From assembly GCF_035084215.1 (NCBI RefSeq), contig NC_090333.1, positions 28,954,001 to 29,018,000 on the forward strand: a DNA stretch of 64,000 nucleotides, given 5' to 3'. The position numbers and the translations under genes are program-made. Under the pieces are notes generated by a model, which saw only the letters and a list, made by a program, of their open reading frames with translations, had not been told where the DNA came from and did no database searches. This document shows positions 1-10,900 of this stretch, one piece after another. Source of the stretch: Heptranchias perlo (taxonomy: Eukaryota). Positions within the stretch are counted from its first letter, which is position 1, and each line of letters starts with the position of its first letter.

Positions 1-127
1 TATTCAGTACTGAGGCTGTTGCAGCGATGCCGTCATCGTGGGGGATACTGGTGTAGAGTGCCGAGACGTCCATCATGGTGAGAAGTGTTCCTGGTTCAAC
101 TGGTCCGTGGGTGCTGCGTTTTTGTAG
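1..127 (-). mobile_element. Inverted Penelope RT fragment, head-to-head with the element at 128-1910
   Basis: 1-127 is the reverse complement of 144-270 with a few mismatches and a 16-nt spacer; runs off the window start. Confidence 0.9.
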
Positions 128-1910
128 TGACACTACAGACTTCCTACAAAAACTCAGCACCCACGGACCAGTTGAACCAGGAACACTTCTCACCACGATG
201 GACGTCTCGGCACTCGACACCAGTATCCCCCACGATGACGGCATCGCTGCCACAGCCTCAGTACTCAACACCAACAACAGCCAATCTCCAGACACCATCC
301 TAAAACTCATCCGCTTCATCCTGGATCACAATGTCTTCACCTTCGATAACCAGTTCTTTACCCAAACACACGGAACAGCCATGGGGACCAAATTCGCACC
401 CCAATACGCCAACATTTTCATGCACAAGTTCAAGCACGACTTCTTCACTGCACAGGACCTCCAACCAACACTATAGACCAGATACATCGACGACATTTTC
501 TTCCTATGGACCCACGGCGAAGAATCACTGAAGAGACTACACGATAACATCAACAAGTTCCATCCCACCATCAAACTCACCATGGACTACTCCTCAGAAT
601 CGGTTTCTTTCTTGGACACAAAAATCTCCATCAAAGACGGGCACCTCAGCACCTCACTCTACCGCAAGCCCACGGACAACCTCACGATGCTCCGCTTTTC
701 CAGCTTCCACCCTAACCACGTCAAAGAGGCCATCCCCTATGGACAGGCCCTACGAATACACAGGATCTGCTCAGACGAGGAGGAACGCGATGGACACCTA
801 CAGACGCTGAAAGACGCCCTCGTAAGAACGGGATATGACGCTCGACTTGTCGATCGACAGTTCCGATGGGCCACAGCGAACATTCGCATAGACCTCCTCA
901 GAAGACAAACACGGGACGCAACCAACAGAGTACCTTTCGTCGTCCAGTACTTCCCCGGAGCGGAGAAACTACGCCATGTTCTCCGCAGCCTTCAACATGT
1001 CATCGATGACGACCAACACCTCGCTAAGGCCATCCCCACGCCTCCACTACTCGCCTTCAAACAGCCACCCAACCTCAAACAGACCATCGTTCGCAGCAAA
1101 TTACCCAACTTTCTGGAGAACAGCGTCCCCAACACCACGCAACCCTGCCACGGCAACCTCTGCAAGACATGCCAGATCATCGACACGGATACCACCATCA
1201 CACGAGAGGACACCACCCACCAGGTACATGGTTCATACTCCTGTGACTCGTCCAACGTTGTCTACCTCATACGTTGCAGGAAAGGATGCCCCGGAGCATG
1301 GTACATTGGCGAGACCATGCAAACACTGCGACAACGGATGAACGGACACCGCGCAACAATCGCCAGACAGGAGGGTTCCCTCCCAGTCGGGGAACACTTT
1401 AGCAGTCAAGGACATTCAGCCACCGATCTTCGGGTAAGCGTTCTCCAAGGCGGCCTTCGAGACACACGACAACACAAAATCGTCGAGCAGAAATTGATAG
1501 CCAAGTTCCGCACCCATGAGGACGGCCTCAACCGGAATCTTGGGTTCATGTCACGCTACACATAACCCCACCAGCAAGGGGGAAAAAAAGTTATCTGTTT
1601 TTAATATTCTCTCTCTCTCTCTGCCTTTTGGGTCTCTTTCTCTCTGTCTGTGTAATTTGACACAATGTGTATTCAGCATACTGGGACCTACTGTTTTCCG
1701 TGACTAACCTGTCTGAACACCAACCACACCTTTTGATTGGTGTGATGGTGTCCCAGCCTAATATAAGATATGCAATTTGAGAACCTCTTACTCATTCACT
1801 CACCTGACGAAAGCTTGTGATTTTAAAATAAAATTGTTGGACTATAACCTGGTGTTGTACGATTCCTTACATTTGTCCACCCCGGTCCATCACCGGCATC
1901 TCCACATCAT
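128..1910 (+). mobile_element. Penelope-like retroelement (RT + GIY-YIG endonuclease; Neptune-like Cys linker), 5'-truncated, one nonsense codon
   Basis: ORFs 75-476 and 582-1565 are in the same frame, split by TAG at 474-476. RT motifs MDVSAL-T, GTAMG, RYIDD (483-494), FLD and LYRKPT; CxxxxCxxC linker; VVYLIRC...WYIGET GIY-YIG; stop at 1565, then 3' pseudo-LTR to about 1910. Confidence 0.93.
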
Positions 1911-4333
1911 GACTTTTATCCTGGCATCGCCTCCAACAATGTCCCGATAAGCCCTCTGACAATACAGTAAAATAATCCTGGTCATATTCTCAGCGTCAAG
2001 ACTTTCGCTACATGCTTTGTCCTGATAACTTTCCCCACATGTTCTGCTCCAATAAACCCTTATACGCTCTGCTCTCGTTACCCCCTTTCCACGTGTTCTG
2101 GCCTAAATATCCCCTCTATGTGCTGCTAATTACCCCTCCTGGATTATAACGGCCAGATAGTTTGGCCCAGATAATTCCTCAATTTTATAATCACTCCCAG
2201 ATACTTCACTCTGAACTTCCACCACTAATTTACAGTCTGTCAGTTACCTTGTAACACCCGCAGTGTCAGGAATCGCTTATTGACACAGAATCTAAATTAT
2301 GAATTGTTATGTAAATAGTCGGGAAATCCCTCGGAGCTGCTCCCGCTCCGCCGGCGTTACTTTGCCGGAAAACCCCCGTTTCCGCGCGTAACGCCGCAGC
2401 TCCGGAAAAACTTACCGGCCATAAAAATATTGGCTAAGTTGTCTATCCTAAGTGCCCCGTAGAGGTCGCTGCTGTAGTTGGTACCGGGTCTTCCAGCTAC
2501 ACAAATGGGCGACTGTGTGATTGAACTCATCTGGGTCTCACATTTATTATAAAGGTTAATTGGAGACCATTTGGAGCGGGGCAACGCGTGTAGTTTATAT
2601 GTCTCTGTTAAACTTGTAGCTGGAATACACCTTCACTCAATATTATGCAGTGTGTGCGGAAAGAAAAAAATGTGCGGAAAGGGAAAGCAATAGCTTCTAT
2701 TTCGAGTTTTATTGAAATAATACCATCAGCTCAAGTTTATACGCTATTAAAGTAGCGATCTATTTTTTTAAAAGTATAAATGCTGTTAACATAAAGGAGT
2801 GGAGCAGTGAAATATCTAGGAATATTGACAAGATGTTAACACATATGATCCTTTATAAAAGACCCCACTGAATGGTGGTGCAGGATGCATGGAGGAGGTG
2901 GTGGTGGGGGTGAACATAATTTAACAGGGTCTGTGAAACAGCCCCGCAGAGGACAAGATTTTACAATAATGCTCCTTCTGCTGTTACATTTTAACACGAC
3001 TGTGGATTGTGCAGAAGCAAGTTAGGAGTAAACCCACGTCCGGCCGAAACTCCGTCAAGCCCCCAATGGAGACAAAGGCGGGTTTGGAATAACCACCTGC
3101 TATCTGCAATCCTACAATACATCCTTAAAAGACAAACAAAAGACCTTAAAAATCTTAAAGAAGACCATTCATTAGGTCGACAAAGGGGAAAAGAAATAAA
3201 TTATCATAATTAATCCTATCAGTGCTGGTGGGTGGCATGCTGTGTGTCCTTTAAGGTAATGTTGGACACTAGTAATGTTAACATATACACATGCTTTTGT
3301 GGAAGCAGGCAGTCAGGGTTTCCACAGGATTTTAGCCGCTTGGTAAACAACCTTCAGGGAAGGAAAAACATAGTGCAGCTGCTGGCTGTAACGAAAACAA
3401 CATTTTCTGAAGTCAAACACAACGCATACATTTATATAAATTTATATAAGCGTACACACGTGTAAAAGTTTCATTATAATGTCTCAAATCAGAAATCGCA
3501 AATACTTGCCCGTCTGATTTGGGAATTTTTTTTAACACATATTCTTATTTTAAACTCTCTATCCCAGCTTTATATGGATAATCTAAAATCCGCATTGGAT
3601 AAGGATATTGGGTATTGCTGTTTTGAGTAATATTAAAATCTTAAAACAATGTGATCTACTTTTACATTTTTTTTATTGTTCTAACTAAATCGTTGCATTG
3701 AAAACAAGATCAGCCCCAGTCCCGTCTCTCTTTTCCTTTTCATTATCATCCTTTTATTCCTCAGCCAATAAAATATTCAGATCCCCAGCCTTGTAAATGG
3801 CTGGATGCAGTTTCACTACACGTTTCCCTCATTCATTTTCGCTCCACTTTATTAACAGCATTAGCAATGGCAGATTTCTGGACAACATTTGTTCAGATCT
3901 AGTTGCCCTTGGTTTATTTATGCAGTCTCCAGAATTCAACTGGGACCTCCCCTGCGTTTGTTGGGTTAAGGGGGCCCGGGTACCTCACGAGGCAATTCAC
4001 GATGTTTTATATATACATACATACATACCTAATATAAATACACATACACAGACTTGTGTGTGGCTCTGTGTGTGTGTGTGAGAGAGAGCGAGAGCTGCCG
4101 TTCCCACTACTTTCCTTTTTTTGTTAAAAAAAACTCTTTAACAAACTTTATTCGCAACGATAAAGACCTTTATGTGTGCCTATACCTCAAGTATATATGA
4201 TCGTATTTAGCTGGCAGCTTCAAGTATCAGATGGGAAGCTTGGTATTTTTAAAAAATGCAAGGGTTTTGGAAAGATCCGCAGAGATCTTGTATGCAGAAG
4301 TTCTCGCTACCTCCCATTGATGCTCCAGCAGCC

Positions 4334-4342
4334 TGGGTGGTC
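4334..4342 (-). promoter_or_regulatory. GLI consensus binding site in the PTCH2 promoter
   Basis: TGGGTGGTC (reverse complement GACCACCCA) about 450 bp upstream of the ATG; Patched genes are established direct GLI targets. Confidence 0.85.
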
Positions 4343-4414
4343 CGTCCACTTTGGTGAGCTGTTGCTTAGCAGCTAATAATAGTAGATGTTTGCTAAGTAA
4401 TTTGCTTCTTCCTT

Positions 4415-4424
4415 AGCCAATGGG
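4415..4424 (+). promoter_or_regulatory. CCAAT box (NF-Y type)
   Basis: AGCCAATGGG between the GLI site and the likely 5'UTR. Confidence 0.55.
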
Positions 4425-4790
4425 AATCCGATCGAGAGGACTTTCCATCAACTCTTTTTGATGGGCTGGAGGCGGGTTTTTCTCTCCAAATGTTGGATGT
4501 CTGAGATCGGGGACAGAAGTAAAGATTGAGCTAAAAGAGAGGGTTTTCTTTTTTATTCCGTGGTGCTAGAAGGACGGGTAAAGGGAGCGAGAGAGAGAGA
4601 GAAAAAAAAACTACACGTGGATGTAGAGTCAAGATCCTCAAGGATTTCTGCGCGAAATGTTGGGATGGAAATATCAGGCTTTCGCTCAGGAAGAGACTAG
4701 GGATTCTCCAGCTGTTTTTCTTGTCACTTTTGGGGGATTATTGCTGTTGTTATTGTTGAACCGAACGATCTGCGACTGGTTTCCAGCGAC

Positions 4791-4931
4791 ATGGCTTCGG
4801 CTGCTAACCTTCCCCGGAACGATGGAGCTCTGCCCCCGAGGTACAGTCACCATCCCCCGGCCGCCTGCTCGGATCTGCTGCGGAGACCCAGCTACTGCCA
4901 CGCTGCTTTTGCGTTGAAACAGATCTCCAAG
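4791..4931 (+). CDS. PTCH2: PTCH2 coding exon 1 (47 codons)
   Basis: ATG in strong Kozak context (GACATGG); in-frame upstream stop at 4698-4700; encodes [17 protein letters not shown]; donor AAG|gtgcaa, phase 0. Confidence 0.93.
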
Positions 4932-7900
4932 GTGCAAAAAAAAAAGAATATTCTGATTGTTAAGTTTCTCCCTCGCAATAAGAAACATATCATAATACAT
5001 TAATAACACCAGGATGTCGGCAGGGCTCCTGGTAAAGTTTTTTTTGAAACTGCTGTATTATTAATAAGAGTAATATCAAGCTAGGACCTCTTCTAATTCA
5101 GGCGCGTGTTTAATGTGAGGTTTGTTCTCTTATTTAGAAAATGCACGTTTCCCAGCCAAAGGAAGTGTGGTTGGATGTTTTGAAAGTAACTATAGAAAAA
5201 GTTGTCAATATTTTCAGAAACTGCTTTCCCTCCAGAGACGGGGATAGGTTTATTGACTGAGCGTGTCTCCGGATAACAGTTAGTGCAGATGTTGGTGAAG
5301 ACGGTGCCTGGGGGTTTATGAGTGAGTGGATGTGCGTTTAGTACACGCACTGTGTGTGTGTGTTGTGTGTGCGCATTCAGAGTGAATGTGTACGTGTGAG
5401 AATGTGTACACAGGTGTGCATGCATATGCCCCAGCCTGTGAGTTTCCTTGTGTGTAACAGCCCTGGATATTGCGATGTTGCGGGTCCAGGGAGCTCTGTT
5501 TTTTATCTGGCACAGTGATCGCTGAACTTGAGGAAACCTTGGAAGAGTGTCAGGATTTTTGATTGAAATTAATGGAGGCAGTTACTCGGGGAAATGTACA
5601 ACAATCTGCGGTGGGAGGAAACAATTTCTTACAGGAAAGGGAGAGAGAGAGGGGGGGAAAGGAGAAAAGGAGATAAATCTGCAAAGTGAGAGAATATAGA
5701 GGAGCTTGACAATTCTGAAGAGGAAGAGAGGATTCAGCCAGTGAGCATTTGATAAGAGTTGACGGAAGGGGAGGCAAAGATGACACAAAAGGATGGGAAA
5801 ATGTCCAGGAGCAAAAGACAGAATGGCAATAGGAATGAAAGGACTGACGGACAGAAGAAAGTGAGAAGGGAATGGAGAGAAACAGAAGGAGAAAAAAGCA
5901 TAAAATAAAAGAGTGAAAATGGAGGCAAGAAAGAATCAAACACTGACAAATAAATACTGACTAAAATTGCTAAGGTATGAAATCAGAGAGAAAAAAAGAA
6001 GGGTAAATAAAGAAGTGAAGAAAAAAGAACAAATGAAAGAGAATTATGGACTGAGAGGAAATGGAAGAATTGAAAGGATATAGTAAAAGGGAATGAGTGT
6101 GAGGGGAAGGAGTGAAGGAGAAGGAAACTGAGAACACAAGGGAAGGAACAGCAGAATGAAATAATGAATTATGGAAAGAAGAAACGAAAAAGGAGATGAA
6201 GAATGCAAGATCAATAAGGGGAAAATGGTGTGAATGTACTGAATCAAGTTATTTTACTCTCCAGTATCTACTTTATAAATGCCACTGACATTTTATATCT
6301 TTCTTCTCTTAACATTGTTTTATCTCATTATGTACTTACCAGATCTCTTTATTTCCAGTTGCTATTTCATTCTGGCTCCCTTCTCTTTCTCTTATTTATC
6401 TCGATTATCTTTCCTGATGCTTTCTTCCCTTGTTTTTGCCATTTCTGTCTGTTCTTTTTTTTCTTGCTCGATCATTTTCAGCTTTTTCTTCCTCTTTACC
6501 CTTCACTATCTGATTCTATGTCTTCTCTCTCTTTGCCTTTGCCATTCCCCCTCTCCTTCCCCTTCTCCTTGTTCTTTCTGCTTTCCATGGTCTCTATTTC
6601 TTTCTTTCCTATCTCCTTCCCCACATTCTCTTCTCTTTTCTCTCTTTCAGTCACTCTCTCCATACCCTTGCTCCTCCTTTCCCATTTCTCCCTCTTCCCT
6701 TTTTTCCTTTTTTTCCCTCCTCCCCTGGTCTCTCCCCCTTTTATTCTTACATTTCCTAACCTAACATTTCATTTTTTCACCCTTTATTTAACCACCCATC
6801 ATCATTTTTCTCTCTCTCCTCAGTCTCTTTTCTCCCTCTTTCCTTCTCCCTATCCTCCCTCTTTTTCTTTCTTTATTTATTTTCTCTCTCTGCATCCATC
6901 TCAGCTCTCTTTTTCCCCACTCTCCATCCTTTGCCTTTCTCTAGCTCCGCATCCTTTGACCTTCTCTCGCTTTCTGTAGCCTCTCTATCCTTCTGCTTTC
7001 TTTCTCTCCTTCCTTTTTTCCTTTTTCTCTTTCCTTCTCCCAATAGCCCCCTGGTCTGACGCTGCTTTTGTCTTTTTTCCCTAGGGGAAGGCAGAAGGGC
7101 GCCGGGCACCACTGTGGCTGCGAGCCCATTTCCAGGCCCTGCTATTCAGGCTGGGCTGCAGCATCCAGCAGCATTGTGGCAAATTCCTCTTCATCGGTCT
7201 TTTGGTCTTTGGAGCTTTTGCTGTTGGCCTGAGAGTTGCTAGCATTGAGACTGACATCGAGCAGCTTTGGGTAGAAGGTAAGAGAGAGTAAGAAATGGAG
7301 AACAAACAAACGGAAAAGAAACCAATATAAGTGCAAATGGGCTACAATATTCAGACAATTGGAAATGAAACCCTGAGCGAATGACACAGACTGACTCCAA
7401 TCGGTCCTTACTGACCTTTCTGAGCTCAATTTTATCATGTAACACCTTTTCTGTTTTAGATCCAAACACTTTGCATCCAAACTTCACAGTATTTAGTCTG
7501 TGTTTTATCATAAATGCATGGTTTTCATTGCAGTATTTCTTCCATTTCTCTTCAGTGTAACACAGATCTTCCTCTAGCCTCCTGATTCTCCATTTCTGTT
7601 ACTGCCTCCCTTTCTTGATAAACCTTCTTAATGGAGACTTTAAAATGACTGTTTACAATGTATAGGTTACCTTTTCTATTCACCCACCCAGAATATGTTG
7701 GCAGCTTGTTCCACACTATAAATCCCCGGAAATACATTCCCTACACTGCCCAACTTTACTGAGTCTCCCTCATCCTCATCCTAGTGCCAATCTCAATTGC
7801 ACAAATGTAATGTTTGCAAAACCACCTATATCACCAATACCACAGCACATTCATTGCACTGCAGAAATGTTCATGGAAGTCAACATTAATTTTTACTTGT

Positions 7901-10900
7901 ATACATGTTTTCTTGATTGTTTATGGGAAGGCAGGTAGTACCTCAGGAATTTGTATTGTGTTGGTTGAATTAAAACAAAGCTTCATGTATTTTTTTTTGG
8001 TTTGAAGTTAAGATGAGTTGAGGAGCAGCAGCTCCTGCAAGGTTTACATTCATAAGCAAACTGATTTTATTGTTTTGTACGTAGAAGCAGAGAATTCTTG
8101 ATATCCACAGTACATTGGTGAATTGATGCTCCTATTAATTCCATTTACTCTTCACTGTTCACATTTAAACAGCACTGTCTAAAACCTCTGGGCTGTGAAG
8201 TTGTCCAAGACTTCCTCTGACTAAAAGAACATGGTGGGGGGGGGGGGGAGGAAATTATAGGTTATCTAAAAATCTGAAGATGTAAATGTTCAAGGGCCTG
8301 AAAAATGCCTTTTAACTGGTTTGCTACTAAAGATTCCATCTGTTGTCCTTCCCACCGTTATTCCAGGTTGTGGGAGTACTCCAGATGGTGTCCTTGTTGC
8401 AGCTGTGCAAGGAGTTGAATACAAGGAGGCAGCAAGTGACATCAGAATGGCAGGGCACAGTGAACAAGTAATCAGAAATATGGAAGCTTATTATTTTTTG
8501 CTTTTAATAGTTTTCTCCCCTTAGTCTCATTGAGGAGAAATGGACATTTTTAACTAGTTATTCAGCACACAATCTCTTCAAATTCTGTTTCTGTCAATTT
8601 TGTATCAGTGGGATAGTGACAATGTAAACATTGAACTTAACTTCAAACCTTAAGCGGAATTTAGCTGCTCCAGGGAAGTCATTCTTGTTAAAGGGGCATT
8701 CTCATCTGGTACATTGAGTCGCAAGGAAGCTTGGCAGATCAGTGAACAAGAAGATGGCGCAATAACCATGCAATCCCAACGATAATGCATTGTACATCAC
8801 ATCTAGCGTTACTAATTTATTATTGTTAATCTTAGTTTTAAAGAAGCTAACTTTTAAAAAAAGTCGACCACAGCACTAGCATGGTGTGGCAGTTTGGTTT
8901 TCAAGGCAATTTATTGAAGGGATTGAATTAGTCTAAAAATTTCTCCATAATAACCTCTTTTACCAGGTTCTCGATTCTGCATATGGTTAGTGTTCAGCAC
9001 TGAGGCTTATGATTTATTTCTCTCAGATAACTTCTGCAAAATTGATTTTCTGCAAGTTTCTAAAGATTGAGTGTTTTTCAGAAGTAGCATTTTAAGACAT
9101 TCAAAAAACTAATAAACATTCGTTAATTCATTACATTCTTAAAATTAAAAAAAAGTGCTTTTTAACTCATTAATTTGGATTAAAAAAAAAATAATTTGGG
9201 TACAGAAACACATTTGCATTCTTCAAAGGGTTAAATCTGCTTTGAAGCAGCCATGTTCATCTTGAGTAGCTTTAAGCTTCCAAACATCATTTACAATAAC
9301 ATAGTCATCTACTGGTAGAAATGTAGCATAGCTTTAGACAGCAGTAGTGAATGGTTTATTGCAGACTCCGCTTGCAGCCGTTTCAAGTTGTAAAAATGCA
9401 TCTAATTTGTCCAGTTTTAACTGTGAAGCTACTTGTGTGTCCCTTTTCTGTCTCTTAACTGATCATTCTTCCTCTCTTTCCTATTTTTCCGGTCTCTCCC
9501 ACACTGTGCTGTTTTTATTTTAACATTTGTATGCTAATTGCTACCTTTGACTGAGTTTTTTTTTCTCTCCATGACTTTCTCCCTTCCCTTCCTGTGTGCT
9601 GTGCTTCCTGATACTCCCCCACCTCCCTCTCTGTTTCAGACAGTTCAGGGCCATGTGTTCAATTCAGTTTTCACACTCCGACCCTTTCTAAGCCCTGCTT
9701 ATGACTCCCCCCCCCCCCCACCCCCCCAAAAAAAAACTTATGCTGTTTTGCTCCCAGGAGCAGATGTGGTGTGTGAAATTTACGCCATTTTGAGCTATTG
9801 ACCCTGCATGGAGTTGTGTGTGTATGTGTGTGTGTGTGTGTGGTCTCAAACTATTCTTGGACTCCATTCAACAATAGAGGAAACCTCTCTTACGAAACCT
9901 GAATGCCATTAAAGTTTACCCACCTGTTTGCACACAAGGTTTTCACAGCAGTTGGAAAAAGAAAAAAGAGGAGAGTGATGCCTCTCCTAATTCTTTCATC
10001 TAGTTTTTTAAAAGTTTTTTTTCCTAGAAACAACGCCACGGGGAAGAGCAGCTGTTCTTACTTTTATGTTCTAAAGCACTACATCTTTTTTTTGTTTAAT
10101 GGGCTGCATTGCAAGAACTGCACAAACTACAGTAAATATATGTTAACCCTTTGAGGAACATGGTAGAATTTTTCAAAAAAGGAAGTTACAGTTCATATCT
10201 TTTGAAAATACTGCAGTGAAAAAAGTTTTCATTCTTTTTTGCTTTTTAATGTTTCTTTTCTTCTCACTTCATAACAGTATCGTGAATATAAAATTCAATA
10301 GAAAACTTGAAAATGAGCTTCCAGTAACAAATTAACAATTTGGCTTTTCTTAATATTAGTGTATTTGAATTTTTTTTTAAATACCGATGTGCTCTTGAAC
10401 TATTCATCAGGAAGGTGTTTGGTAAAATTTTTAAATTGTGACTTTTTTTTGGTTGAAGTTTAGGTGTTTATTTGTGGTGCTATGTGCTGAGTAGCTTTTT
10501 TTAAGAAAACATATTTAGTAGTTTAGAAAATGCAGCCTTAGAAATTACTGCTGAAACTATCAGTGGATGAATTTTAACGTGCTTGTCCTCTGTTCCTTAT
10601 TTAACCAGAGACCTTACCAATAACGTGAATTTGTAGAGTGCCAAAATAAATGGGTTAACACCTATGTTAAAATATCGGACAGAGGAATGTCATACAAACT
10701 TGTTTATCATTTGTCTGTTAATAGTAACATTAATTGCTAGGCTTGTATGTCAACATCTAACCCCCCCTGCTGATTCAAATAAAGATGGGCAATGACAATA
10801 TCTTCAGGGAACTGCAGCCTTATTATTTTTTGAAGGTATTATTTTTATAGTGTTAGAGTCATAGAGTCATAGAGTTATACAGCACGGATAGAGGCCCTTC

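Noticed and set aside
75-1565. Intact, active Penelope ORF
   Set aside because: In-frame TAG at 474-476 just before RYIDD, 5' truncation, and the listed ORF start comes from the inverted arm.
6230-6979. 249-aa hydrophobic ORF (and overlapping F/L/S/P-rich ORFs at 5550-6764 and 18008-18440)
   Set aside because: Artefact of pyrimidine-rich low-complexity DNA, which lacks stop codons; no domain and no splice support.
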